A stretch of DNA of 63,196 bases, the filler included, from Stramenopiles sp. TOSAG23-3 (Eukaryota), in assembly GCA_900128585.1 (NCBI GenBank). It is 7 parts of 7 records of this genome, joined end to end, with 100 filler letters (N's around TTAATTAATTAA, not from the genome) between each part and the next. Parts side by side here need not be neighbours in the genome. Positions count along the whole stretch, not along the records: positions 47,757 to 59,528 come from LT642725.1; positions 59,629 to 61,362 come from LT645470.1; positions 61,463 to 63,196 come from LT645471.1; 4 more parts are not named here. One strand, 5' to 3'. Of this stretch, positions 53,273-63,196 are shown in pieces. Position 1 is the first letter of the stretch, and every line of letters begins with the position of its first letter. Under the pieces are notes generated by a model. That model saw only the letters and a list, made by a program, of their open reading frames with translations, did not search any database and was not told the origin of the DNA. Both the position numbers and the translations under genes were made by a program.

Positions 53273-54550
53273 CGGACGCAGAAAGACTCTTCGATAAACT
53301 ACAGGCTGCGTTGCACGATCTTGAGCGTCTCAGTTACCTCCTGAGACGATTTAATAATGGGGCCGATGGTCGGTGGAGACAACTTGAAATTGTACGGGGT
53401 TGGTTGGACCGTTAGAACGTCCGATCGGTCGCGAGCCCGATTTTGTTTTCTTCTTTCCACTTTCTTCCAAGTCTTTATTTTAAATTAATTATTATTTTTA
53501 ATTGTTTTCTTTCTTAGAAATCGGGTGGCCCTTTGGTATGTCTATATTAGAAGGCTCAAGTACAGACTAATCCAGCCTTTCAAGAGAGGGAACGATTCCA
53601 TAATGGTTCAAAGGAACATCGGCGCCATTTCCATCCTTTCTTTTCTATTCTGATAGAATCATCCATGTAGTCTCTAATATTAAAAGGGGTTCACCATTGA
53701 AAATAGATGTACTTGGAATGCATTCAAGTGACTTCATCTCCAAATCACTTTCTTGCTTTCTACATTAAGGATTAAAGTAAATACAAAATACAAAGCTAAA
53801 TATATTGTCGTATCGATCTTTCGTATTGTTTCTTAATATCAAACAACTACAAAATCAATCGAATATCGAGCATTGGAAAACATTCATCCTTAGCAAAAAA
53901 GAGAGTAGTTTACAATTGGAATTAGAATTGGATTTACAATTGGATTTAGAATTTGATCAAAATGAAGCGGGATCAATTCCCCCCCCTTTTTCTTTCATTG
54001 AAAAACGATGATTTAAACCTCGATTTAAACCTCGCTTTACTAACATAAACAGAGCATCAAAATAGAATAGAAAACATCAGATAGCATAGGATTATAATAT
54101 TAAGGATTTGAATCAGATTTCAGGAATTATTAGTGTTTATGTTTTTGTACATACACACAGTGTTGTAAAGAAGGAGTATGATAGGAATCTTGTTATTTTT
54201 TTATGTACAGATAATTGTATTGTTATTAATATATAAAGACAGCAGAGGATCATTTTTCGCGAAATTCCTATTTTTTGGAAGCCATACTGTGTTCCTGTTA
54301 AATTTGTGGCCTTCCAAATCGCTATTTTTTATTAATTTTATATCTCATCGACGGCGGCGGACGGATTCACAAGCCAAGAACGACACAAAGAATTGGAAAG
54401 AATAACAAGATAAGATTTAAAAGCAGGGTTGGAATTTGGAATTGTAGAGTGACACCCCTGGAACTGTATACATTGACCCATTGTACCAATTTAGGGTTAA
54501 AACTTCCATCTTCTTCTTTACATTTTTTCTGGTCGACCGTTTTATCAACC

Positions 54551-55828
54551 ATGGCGGATTTGGCGGCGGCGTTTGCGGCTGCTCACGCTGACACGCAAGT
54601 CTTGCAAGAAGACGTGGAGCCTACGGTACGGGTGAAGCCGGACGCTGGTCCCGAGACAGATCATCCGATCCAACCGACGGAAGACGTCGATGAAGACGAT
54701 GCCGAAAGCAGTGTGAGCGACAGCGAAGACAGCAGCAGTGAAAGCGAAAGCGAGGGCTCGGAAGAGGATAGGGAGACCTTGTACAACGAAGTCAACGCTG
54801 GGATTGCCGAGGACAGTGACGCCGCACAAGCCGACGCTATCCCGTCGTTCCCGAAAACAAAAAATGAGATTCTGCCCCATGAAACCGGGAAAAGAGACGA
54901 GGATCCCCAAACCATTGTATTAGAAGACGAAATGACGATCGAAAAGGTGGGCGTGGTCATGAACATTGTGGACGATACGACCGTGCTGGTGCAAACCCAG
55001 GACAACGGACAGACGCCACTGGACCAAGGGAGCATACTGTGCGTACTTCGCGAGAAGGACCAGTCGCGGTTGCCTTTGGGATCCGTCGATGAGATATTTG
55101 GACCGATAGGGAAACCGTTGTACGTGGTTCGGGTAGCGCGGGGGTGTGAAGAGGGGGAAGAAGTACTTCAGCTGCTCAAAGGGAACCCGGGCACGGCCGT
55201 GTACTCCGTCAAAGAGATGGCAAAAGTCATTGACCCGAACAAACTCGATACGCGAGGGTCGGACGCTTCCAACCGGTACGACGAGGAGGTAGACGATACC
55301 GAACAGGATTACTCCGACGACGAGGAGGAAGCACGCGCGAAGCGAGCAAGACGAAACAGGAGGAAAGGGGAAAGTGCCGACGGCGCGGGGAACAACGCGC
55401 CCCGGAGGCGCGTGAGGGTGAACCGAAGGCCGCAGCAGCAGCAGCACGCGTCGCAACCGTCCAACGCGCACTATGGTCAGCACCATCGGAACCAAGCGCC
55501 GCGCGCTTACAGCGGCGGCCGGGGCCACATCTCTCAGCCCCCGCCGATGGGGTACCATCAACCGGGCAGTCAAGGGCAGTCGTACCCACCACCGATGCTG
55601 CAGCCACCGTCGGCGTACGCTCGCCCAGGAATGCAGTACAACAACCCACAATTTGTGCGGCCTCCTCCGTACAACCAGTTCATGATGGGGCAACACGTGA
55701 TGCCGCCGCAACAAGGCTTCTACGGCCGCGGGTGGCCCCAGCAACAGTATTACCCCCAGCAGCAGTTCTTTCGGCCCCCACCAATGCACCCCAATGCCCC
55801 CGCCCCACCGAAGAAGGGCCAGCAGTGA
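54551..55828 (+). CDS. NAF1: H/ACA snoRNP assembly factor NAF1
   Basis: Acidic N-terminus, PKTKNEI, the Gar1-like PLGSVDEIFGPIGKPLYVVR, GSDASNRYDEEV...DYSDDEEE and a Pro/Gln-rich tail. Confidence 0.92.
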   Translation: MADLAAAFAAAHADTQVLQEDVEPTVRVKPDAGPETDHPIQPTEDVDEDDAESSVSDSEDSSSESESEGSEEDRETLYNEVNAGIAEDSDAAQADAIPSFPKTKNEILPHETGKRDEDPQTIVLEDEMTIEKVGVVMNIVDDTTVLVQTQDNGQTPLDQGSILCVLREKDQSRLPLGSVDEIFGPIGKPLYVVRVARGCEEGEEVLQLLKGNPGTAVYSVKEMAKVIDPNKLDTRGSDASNRYDEEVDDTEQDYSDDEEEARAKRARRNRRKGESADGAGNNAPRRRVRVNRRPQQQQHASQPSNAHYGQHHRNQAPRAYSGGRGHISQPPPMGYHQPGSQGQSYPPPMLQPPSAYARPGMQYNNPQFVRPPPYNQFMMGQHVMPPQQGFYGRGWPQQQYYPQQQFFRPPPMHPNAPAPPKKGQQ

Positions 55829-55880
55829 CGTAGGAAACCAGCATAGAAACCCGATAAGCTTATATTGTGTACATAATATG

Positions 55881-56012
55881 TTACTTAAATTACAGCCAAT
55901 TTTCTTGTTTTAAAGGTAAGATATGTTATGCTGTCATAAATTACTCAAGAGGGTTCCATCGATGAAAAGAGAAATTAACACACACAAGTGACATTGGCTG
56001 TTATTTAAGTAA
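55881..56012. mobile_element. Short MITE-like element with 20-bp terminal inverted repeats
   Basis: The left end ttacttaaattacagccaat and the reverse complement of the right end, ttacttaaataacagccaat, differ by 1 mismatch. The end motif recurs at about 16014-16037, 28949-28972 and, reversed, 47253-47268. Confidence 0.7.
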
Positions 56013-56160
56013 TTAAAATTGATGTACTGTGTACTACATCAATATATAAATAATTGTATTTTTCAAGTTTTAGCTACACGTACTATCAGAAAAGGAGCGC
56101 TTGGTGGCTTATTTTATTTTTGTTCTTATATGCACACCACACACCACCACACCCTCCTCT

Positions 56161-59100
56161 CTAGTCAATGTGCAAGTTCATCTTTATGTTCATTGCGCCG
56201 AGCTCATTCGCAAGGTAACGAAAGACGTACGGCATGGAGACGCGGACAATTTCCGATGTCCCATTGCCCTTACTTTCCTCCCCTTCCCCGTCCTTTTGGG
56301 AACCGGAGCACGCCCGGCAAATAATTTCATCTTCTTCGTCGTCCAGACCGTCGCTAGTATCCTTTCCACCCCTGGCTTTCCGAGACTTCACGGACGTGGG
56401 CCCAAGGAGGGAGCCGCAGGACTTGCACACGTACGCCGTGTGCTTGTCGGAGCAGTTCATCAGGCGGTCTTGCAGCAAAAACGATGCGCCGTGGGCAATA
56501 AAAGAGTCCCGCTCCATCTCTCCAAAACGAATGCCACCGTGCTTCTTTCGCCCCTTAATAGGCTGGCGGGTGAGGACGTTGATGGGACCCGTGGAACGAA
56601 CTTGCGACTTGTCGGAAACCATATGTCGCAGCCTTTGGTAGTACACCACGCCGATGAATATGTCCGCGTGCATCTCCCTGCCGTCAACGCCGCTGTACAA
56701 GGGCTCGCTCCCGTAGTAATTGTACCCTGCCGCACGGAGCTGCTCGCCAAAGTAATCAACGGCGTACTGGTTTTCATGGTACTGAAACGGGGTCGAATCC
56801 TGGTACGTCGCGTGCAGCGCCCCCGCCTTCCCCGCCATGCTCTCGATCAACATACCGATCGTCATTCGCGACGGGAACGCGTGGGGGTTGATGATTACGT
56901 CCGGGGACATGCCACTCTCCGTGAAGGGCATGTCCCGCTGGGGCCACAGGACACTGCAGACCCCTTTCTGCCCGTGCCTGGAGCTAAACTTGTCCCCAAC
57001 GATAGGGTTACGGTTGAATCTGAGCTTAATCTTAACCTTGTTCTCCGACACCATTCGGACCTCGTCTATGTACGCGGGCTCCGAGCCCTTGTGCTTCATG
57101 GCCCTGCTCTTCCCCGTGCTCTCATTGATGATGCTGCAGAGCGGCTCCCCCTCCCTTACCATGACGCCGACGGGCGGGAGGCCGTCCTTGTCCAGGGACT
57201 GGTAAAACAGCTTCGTGGTCGCGTCGTCGACGATGCTCGACACCGACCCAGCCGTTGCCTGGATCCGCGTGGCCCCGGTCTCCCCGCTTCCCTCCTCGTC
57301 GTCGAAGACGGTCTTTGTCGCCACCGCGTCTGCGCCCCCGGCCGGCGCGGTCGCCTGGGCCTTTCGCGACCCGCGCGGGTCCACGTTCCCGAAGTACTCC
57401 CCCGCCGTTGGGACGGTCTCGAATGTGAGTGTCTTGTACACAGTCCCGTGCCCAAACCCGCGCTCCATGGACGACTTGTTGATGATCATCGCGTCTTCCA
57501 TGTCGTAGCCGGTGTAAGAAATGACGCATACGACCGCGTTCGTGCCGTTCGGGTACTCGTCCATCCCGTACATCTCCTGCCCTTTGTTCTGAACAATAGG
57601 GGCCTGCGGGGTCTGGATTCGGTACAGCTTCGTGTCGGTGCGGTGCACGAGGGAGTGGGCGGGCGTGCCCATCGTTTGCTTCCCCATCTGGCACTGGTAC
57701 ATGTTCCTCGGGCTTTGGTTGAAGTCGCTGAAGGGCGTCAGCGAGGCAATGACCGACAGCATGTTCGTCGGGGTGATCTCGACGTGTGTCGGGGCCCTGC
57801 CGTACATCACCCCGCCGGAGCCCTCGTTCCTCTTCTCCTCCTCCAAACACTCCTCGTCCGTGCACGCAATGTCCAGGAAGACTTGCTCCATCGGGCCCAG
57901 GGTCTCTTCTTTGTCCAACTGGCGGTGCCACACGGGCCTGACCAGACGGGCGGCCGCAGTGGCGAGGTAGAGCCCCGGGTACGGCCCTCGCCGCTTCCGC
58001 TTCTGCTCGCCGTCGGCCGAGCCCTTCTCCTCCGGGTCTTTCTCGGCACCGTCGACGGGGGGAAAGTACGCAATTTCCAGGGACGGGGGCACGCCGCGCT
58101 GCTTCAACACCTTGAGCGCCCGCAGCTGGTCCACGAACCGCTCCGCCTTCGCCGCCGGGATGGACCCCATGATCCTCCCGTCCAAGACGACGCTCAGCTC
58201 CGACGCCGCCTGGACCAGCAGCCCACTGTTTCGGGTCAGGCTGTTCATGCCCATCCCGCCGAACAGGGTGCGCATCGCCTCGACCGTGGCCGCCCCGTCG
58301 GTGATGCGGGGGTCTTCGCAGACGATAGACGCGCTCGACGAGAGGTGCTGGAGCAGCCCGCAGGGCCCCCCGTCCGGGGTGTGGACGGGGCACAAGAACC
58401 CCCACGACTCCGGCAAAAGCTTTCGGACCGTCGTGGTCTTCATCGTCGTGAAGAACGCCCCCCGGTGGACGCTCCGAAAGTGGGCCAGGTAACGGTAGTA
58501 GTTGAGCTTCTCCGCGACGACGGTGTAGCCGCTCGCCTGCATCAGGTCGAGCCCGCTCGTGCTTACCAGGTTCCCGGTGGCCAGGAAGTACTTCATTTTC
58601 TCCCCGATGTCGCCCTGCCGGGCCATGATCTTCTGGTAGTAGACCAGGTCGTGCAGGCGCCCTTCCATGACCGCACGGTTCGTTCGCCGGTCCTTGATCA
58701 TGGAAAGCTTCAGCCCGTTCATGTACTCCTCGATCTTCTCCTTCACGATCATCAGGTAGAGGTGCCCGGGGGTCAAAATTTCTTGGTTCATCAGGCTGTC
58801 CGCGTTGTCCTCCATGACGTCGTCCGTGACGAACGCGTACAGCTTCCGCAGCATGACGACAAGCAGGTCGAACTTGTCCTGGCCCACCTTGGCCGTCTGG
58901 AACGCCCGCTCGGCCTCGCTCTCTTTCGCCGCCCCGGCATGCTCGGCTTCATCCTCTGATAAATGTACAAATATGAAGCGCCGGAACAGGAACTCGCCCA
59001 CTTCGGCGTCCGAGACGCACGGGGGCATCCGCAGGGCCGCCCGAAAGCGGGCGCCGACGTACGCGAGGTGCTGGGACTTTGTGAACAGGTTGTACCGCTT

Positions 59101-59526
59101 GCTCTCGCTCAGGTTCAGCTCGATCCGCCCGGAGACGAACGCGCTGTTCACGTTGCCCTCCGACACGACGCGGTTGTATATTTCCTGGTCGCTCGTGTCG
59201 ACCAGCGCCTTGAGGACGAGGACGGCCGGGATGAAGAACTCCTGCTTGTTCACGCTGAACCGGATCATGGCCCCGCCGTCCTTCAGGTAGTGCAGGGACA
59301 CGCTGACCGCGCTCTGGTCGCGGCGGACGCACCGTATCACGACCGCCTTGGACGAGTAGTTTGGTCCCCGCTTCCGGAACGAGGGGCGTTCGATCGCCAT
59401 CGGGTGGTTCCGCTTCGGGATCTGCAGCATCCGAATGACGCGCTCGATCCCGTTGCAGATGAAGGTCCCCCCGAACTCGTGGGCCTCCTCGTGGCGCTTG
59501 ACGAGCTGCGCGGGCGTCAGGTTCCT
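56161..59526 (-). CDS. RPA2: RNA polymerase I second-largest subunit (5' truncated by the contig end)
   Basis: Motifs EFGGTFICNGIERVIRM, YFLATGNLVSTSGLDLMQ, VRKLLPESWGFLCPVHTPDGGPCGLL, NQSPRNMYQCQMGKQTMG, GYDMEDAM, GDKFSSRHGQKG and GGIRFGEMERD. Confidence 0.97.
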   Translation of the reverse strand, partial: RNLTPAQLVKRHEEAHEFGGTFICNGIERVIRMLQIPKRNHPMAIERPSFRKRGPNYSSKAVVIRCVRRDQSAVSVSLHYLKDGGAMIRFSVNKQEFFIPAVLVLKALVDTSDQEIYNRVVSEGNVNSAFVSGRIELNLSESKRYNLFTKSQHLAYVGARFRAALRMPPCVSDAEVGEFLFRRFIFVHLSEDEAEHAGAAKESEAERAFQTAKVGQDKFDLLVVMLRKLYAFVTDDVMEDNADSLMNQEILTPGHLYLMIVKEKIEEYMNGLKLSMIKDRRTNRAVMEGRLHDLVYYQKIMARQGDIGEKMKYFLATGNLVSTSGLDLMQASGYTVVAEKLNYYRYLAHFRSVHRGAFFTTMKTTTVRKLLPESWGFLCPVHTPDGGPCGLLQHLSSSASIVCEDPRITDGAATVEAMRTLFGGMGMNSLTRNSGLLVQAASELSVVLDGRIMGSIPAAKAERFVDQLRALKVLKQRGVPPSLEIAYFPPVDGAEKDPEEKGSADGEQKRKRRGPYPGLYLATAAARLVRPVWHRQLDKEETLGPMEQVFLDIACTDEECLEEEKRNEGSGGVMYGRAPTHVEITPTNMLSVIASLTPFSDFNQSPRNMYQCQMGKQTMGTPAHSLVHRTDTKLYRIQTPQAPIVQNKGQEMYGMDEYPNGTNAVVCVISYTGYDMEDAMIINKSSMERGFGHGTVYKTLTFETVPTAGEYFGNVDPRGSRKAQATAPAGGADAVATKTVFDDEEGSGETGATRIQATAGSVSSIVDDATTKLFYQSLDKDGLPPVGVMVREGEPLCSIINESTGKSRAMKHKGSEPAYIDEVRMVSENKVKIKLRFNRNPIVGDKFSSRHGQKGVCSVLWPQRDMPFTESGMSPDVIINPHAFPSRMTIGMLIESMAGKAGALHATYQDSTPFQYHENQYAVDYFGEQLRAAGYNYYGSEPLYSGVDGREMHADIFIGVVYYQRLRHMVSDKSQVRSTGPINVLTRQPIKGRKKHGGIRFGEMERDSFIAHGASFLLQDRLMNCSDKHTAYVCKSCGSLLGPTSVKSRKARGGKDTSDGLDDEEDEIICRACSGSQKDGEGEESKGNGTSEIVRVSMPYVFRYLANELGAMNIKMNLHID

Positions 59527-59866
59527 GANNNNNNNNNNNNNNNNNNNNNNNNNNNNNNNNNNNNNNNNNNNNTTAATTAATTAANNNNNNNNNNNNNNNN
59601 NNNNNNNNNNNNNNNNNNNNNNNNNNNNCTTGAGAGAAGAAGAAGAAAGAAGAAGAAGAACAAATTTTATTATTGAAGAACTTCAACAGAATCAAAAAGA
59701 CATTCTGTTGGTTGTTCCACAGAAAATAGTCATTCTTGTTTCTACAAAAATAATACCGATGGGCTAAATTCGACAAGATCATCTGCGGCTGATAGCGTGC
59801 CGTACGATACACATCGGTATAGATTTTTTTCTTCTTGAATAGTCTGTCCGACGCAGCAGAGCAACC

Positions 59867-61336
59867 ATGCGGCGGGCGGGCATCTTATCCGTGACGGCGG
59901 TGGCAGCGGCGACGACGTTGTCTCGGCATAGAGAAGCTGCAGAGTCGGAGCCTGAAGCGTTGCGTGCTTCCCCCTCGGGGTTGCCCATAGCTTCCCCAAG
60001 CAAACCGTACTGGTTGGAGAAACTCCCTGAAAGGCTGCAAGCGTACCGTAATTTTCGCTCCTCGCCGACGCTCCCAAAACGGGCCAACGTTGTCATCGTC
60101 GGATCGGGAATGAGCGGAGTGTCGACGGCGTACCATCTGGCGCAAGCCACAAGTGCATCCTCCGACCCTTCGGTTCTCCTCCTGGACGCTCGTGAAATAT
60201 GCGGCGGAGCTACGGGTCGAAATGGCGGTTTTCTCCATGCCCACGGCCTGAACGAGTGGTGGACCTTGTACAAGAAGTACGGGGCGCGAACAGCGACCGA
60301 GTTGTGCTGGTTTGAACGGAAAGGGAGAGAGGCCATCAACGAGGTGTCGTCGGAGCTGGCCGTGGATTGTGACATAGACCGGGACATCAAGCTCGTCATG
60401 CTGTTTCCCGGCGACGACCAAAAGGGGATGAAAGAAACTTTGGGCGCTTTTTACCCGGTGCGGTCCCTTCTCCGGGCCTTCGGGGTGAGGGTGTTGGAGT
60501 CCGCTGGCGAAATTGCGAAAGAGTTGAACGTCGGGGATGGCCAAGTGCTTCGCAACGCCGTTGTCCTTGAGAAGGGCTGCGATACGTTCTGGCCGGCAAA
60601 GTTCGTTCTGGGGGTTTTGGAAGATTGCATAGAAAGGGGGGTCGAGGTCCATGCCCACACCCCAGTCGTTGAGGTCACAAAGAAAGACGGCAAGGTCCTC
60701 GTCCGCACCGCTCGTGGAAATGTATTGTGCGAAAAGGTCGTGTACGCCACGAACGCGTGGACGTCCGCCCTGATTCCGGAGCTTGCGGCGTGCATCCAAC
60801 CGGTGCTGAACACGGTGGTGTGCACGGCCCCAAACAACGGGGCGTTGCTTGCCGACCCGCTGAGGCGCACTGGCCAAAGTGTTCACCCGGGTTACCATTA
60901 CTTTCACCAAAGGGAAGATGGGAGGATCGTTCTTGGGGGTTTCCGTCACCTCCTCGATGGGCGAGGCGTCGGCGTGTTTGAAGACGGTGCACCTAGTTCG
61001 GAGACAATGGAGTCGGTTCGGGCCTTTTTGCCAAGCCTGGGGTTTCAAGTTGGCATTGCAATAGAGCACGAGTGGACGGGCATTATTGGGTGGTCGATGG
61101 ATGGACTCCCGTTCGTCGGCCCTCTCCCTGGGAACGACACAGCGTTCGTGTGTGCGGGCTTCAGCGGCCACGGGATGACCCAGGCATGGCTGTCCGGGAA
61201 AGCGACCGCGAACATGGTCCTTGGGAAAGCGCCAGGGCGGCCCTTCGTTAGAGCGTTTCTTCCGAGCGAGGAACGGGTCCGGGCAACGTCCAAGCTAGGG
61301 GGCGATTGGTTCTCGTACGAGAAGGCCAAGCAGTGA
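59867..61336 (+). CDS. FAD-dependent oxidoreductase (DAO/PuuB-like family)
   Basis: Motifs VVIVGSGMSG, GGATGRNGG, VYATNAW, WTGIIGWSMDGLPFVG and CAGFSGHGM. Confidence 0.9.
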   Translation: MRRAGILSVTAVAAATTLSRHREAAESEPEALRASPSGLPIASPSKPYWLEKLPERLQAYRNFRSSPTLPKRANVVIVGSGMSGVSTAYHLAQATSASSDPSVLLLDAREICGGATGRNGGFLHAHGLNEWWTLYKKYGARTATELCWFERKGREAINEVSSELAVDCDIDRDIKLVMLFPGDDQKGMKETLGAFYPVRSLLRAFGVRVLESAGEIAKELNVGDGQVLRNAVVLEKGCDTFWPAKFVLGVLEDCIERGVEVHAHTPVVEVTKKDGKVLVRTARGNVLCEKVVYATNAWTSALIPELAACIQPVLNTVVCTAPNNGALLADPLRRTGQSVHPGYHYFHQREDGRIVLGGFRHLLDGRGVGVFEDGAPSSETMESVRAFLPSLGFQVGIAIEHEWTGIIGWSMDGLPFVGPLPGNDTAFVCAGFSGHGMTQAWLSGKATANMVLGKAPGRPFVRAFLPSEERVRATSKLGGDWFSYEKAKQ

Positions 61337-61462
61337 AAGAGAGAAGAGAGAGATCAGAGAAANNNNNNNNNNNNNNNNNNNNNNNNNNNNNNNNNNNNNN
61401 NNNNNNTTAATTAATTAANNNNNNNNNNNNNNNNNNNNNNNNNNNNNNNNNNNNNNNNNNNN

Positions 61463-63194
61463 CGATCGGTGTGATGTTTCCGTTGTCATTGGCGGGTATG
61501 GTAATGTTCACCGGGGCTACCGTGCAATTGAATGCTGGTTTTGTAGAGCTGGACAGGAGATGTATTACCACTGTGGCCGTCGGGGCCAGCCCGTTCGACA
61601 GCCCAATGCTGTAGGTTACGGTTTCCATTTCAGTGACAATTTGAAGTCCTGCTGGAATCCCGGTGATTTCGCCCTTGTCAACATCATACGTGTACGTGGC
61701 CCTGTCGCTCGTCTGCCCCGCCGTCGTCAGTGCGATCGTCCTCGTGGCCCCAAAGTTCCCTGCTTTGTCGTACTGGCAATTGACCTGACCGCTGGTCGGC
61801 ATTTCCACGCCCGTGCACTCGCTGCTGCACCCATTGATTTGAAATACTATGATAGTTTCGACACTGGCCTCCTCGCCAAAGTCCGTCCCAAAAATCTGCA
61901 GGGTCCCGCCGTTGAACGGGGGGGCGATTACATGCGTTATGTTTGGCCGATGGTATGAGAACAGCACCGCGGTGGACACATACATCACACCGTCCACCGC
62001 TATTGTAATGGGATAGTTAGAGCCTACTCCCGCCGGGGAAACGCCCGTGATGCAGGTTCTATTGAAAAACGAAACGTTCGCCCACTCCTGCTGCCTGCTA
62101 CTTGTCCAGACACGTATGGTGGAGGCAGCGGTGGCCCCAAAGTTCTTCCCAATGAACACGGTGAAGGTGCCCCCCAACGTGGACTGGTTGTTCGGGTGGA
62201 TCCCTGTGATTTCCGCGGCGACGCAATCGGCTTCCTCGTCGTGCAAGCTTGCGTTGAGCCCTGGGTCGACGATGTGGCGGCCCGTGGGGCACGATGCGCA
62301 AGGCCGTCCTGCGCCGCTCCACGTTCCCGCCGCGCAGATCTCGCACGTTGCTGGCGGCGGCAGGCTGGTTTCGTTGACAGGGGGGTCATGGTGCCCGGCG
62401 GGGCAATCAAGCAACGAAAGGCACAGGACACCGTGGTTTGCATTCGATCGGGCAGAACAACTGTTTGTGAATGGTAAGGTGGTACAGGGGTTGGCGACGC
62501 AGGCAGTCGGGGTTACGTATTCGTCGGCACCGTCCGTGTCAGTGTCGTCATCGTAGCCATAAAAGTCGAAAGACCCGTCGACCGACAAAAACTTGGTGTT
62601 AATAATCATTACGATGGGAACACTACCATTCACTTTATTCGTCATAATCAGATGTCCATGTTTCCCCTCACCTGAGTCAGTCGTTGCTTCGTTTCGTACA
62701 AATATACATTCCCTTATATTCACTATCGACTTAAGGGTTAAAAAAAGTCCACCGCCACCCATCCAACCAGTTGATCCCCCCTGTGTTTGTTTATTTTCAA
62801 TCAATTGAACCCTTGTTAAATTCACTTGGCAAGGACTGGTGGGATCACCTTTCATTACAATACCACCTCCTCTCCGTGATGCTGTATTCTTTATATACGA
62901 AGAATCAATAATTGAAACTGTGCTGTAAAAAACGCACATCGCACCTCCACCCTTCCCTGCTGTATTCTTCTTAAATGTATTCGATTCGCCGTTAAATGTT
63001 CCTTTCTTTAAATAAACCCCCCCTCCCTTATCAGTGGCATAGTTAGATTTAACTAACACAGAAGAGAAGAGCAGAGTTGGTCGTGCATCCTCAGCATAAA
63101 CGGCAGCAGCATAGACAGCACCACCTAGATCAGCACGATTATTGAAAAAAACAGAACGGGATATGTTCAAATGGGCAGCGACTCTGAAAATATA
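61463..63194 (-). CDS. Fragment of a large surface protein (GGA/FxxN beta-helix repeats, Cys-rich region, IPT/TIG domains, Calx-like start); truncated at both ends
   Basis: FFNNRADLGGAVY, NYATDKGGGVY, FKKNTAGKGGGAM, CEICAAGTWS..CASCPTG, TVFIGKNFG and LQIFGTDFG. The frame is open across the whole contig. Confidence 0.8.
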
Positions 63195-63196
63195 AA

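Noticed and set aside
53530-54011. Coding-like AT-rich stretch with stops (also about 39600-40070)
   Set aside because: These may be decayed foreign gene fragments, but no motif was recognisable, so no call can be supported without BLASTx.
56101-58959. 952-aa ORF antisense to RPA2, and similar long shadow ORFs opposite 20498-23677, 47966-51388 and 59867-61336
   Set aside because: These are expected by-products of high GC3 codon bias on the opposite strand and show no recognisable motifs.
1-63196. Apparent clustering of RNA-metabolism genes (RPB7, RluB-type, PCIF1, TrmO, UPF2, NAF1, RPA2)
   Set aside because: They lie on five separate contigs joined by artificial linkers and ordered by length, so the co-location is an artefact.

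Overview
Eukaryotic DNA, most likely from a marine stramenopile-type protist MAG/SAG. This is inferred from the eukaryotic housekeeping genes, nearly intron-free GC-rich CDSs and AT-rich, microsatellite-rich intergenic DNA. The window is not one locus. It is seven contigs (11886, 11863, 11829, 11778, 11772, 1734 and 1734 bp) joined by artificial N44-TTAATTAATTAA-N44 linkers, so gene neighbourhoods are meaningful only within a contig. Recognisable genes: RPB7, Sec8, an ALDH, a KH protein, a divergent type II dehydroquinase, an RluB-type pseudouridine synthase, PCIF1, an ANK-TPR-DnaJ protein, guanine deaminase, TrmO, UPF2, PDK1, a MORN protein with one intron, an ASPIC/CRTAC1-like protein, NAF1, RPA2 and an FAD oxidoreductase. 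The standout is a candidate new selenoprotein on the minus strand at 5223-6152. It is a DWARF27 (D27) beta-carotene-isomerase-like protein with an in-frame TGA at the position of a conserved Cys (CINE-U-Q versus plant CINT-C-K), and a well-formed eukaryotic SECIS hairpin starts 36 nt after the true stop. Other findings include WIF-like repeats in a membrane protein, a membrane-anchored pseudo-dehydroquinase, a possible giant-virus gene relic and several dispersed repeat or MITE families. All family assignments are by motif recognition from memory; no database searches were run.
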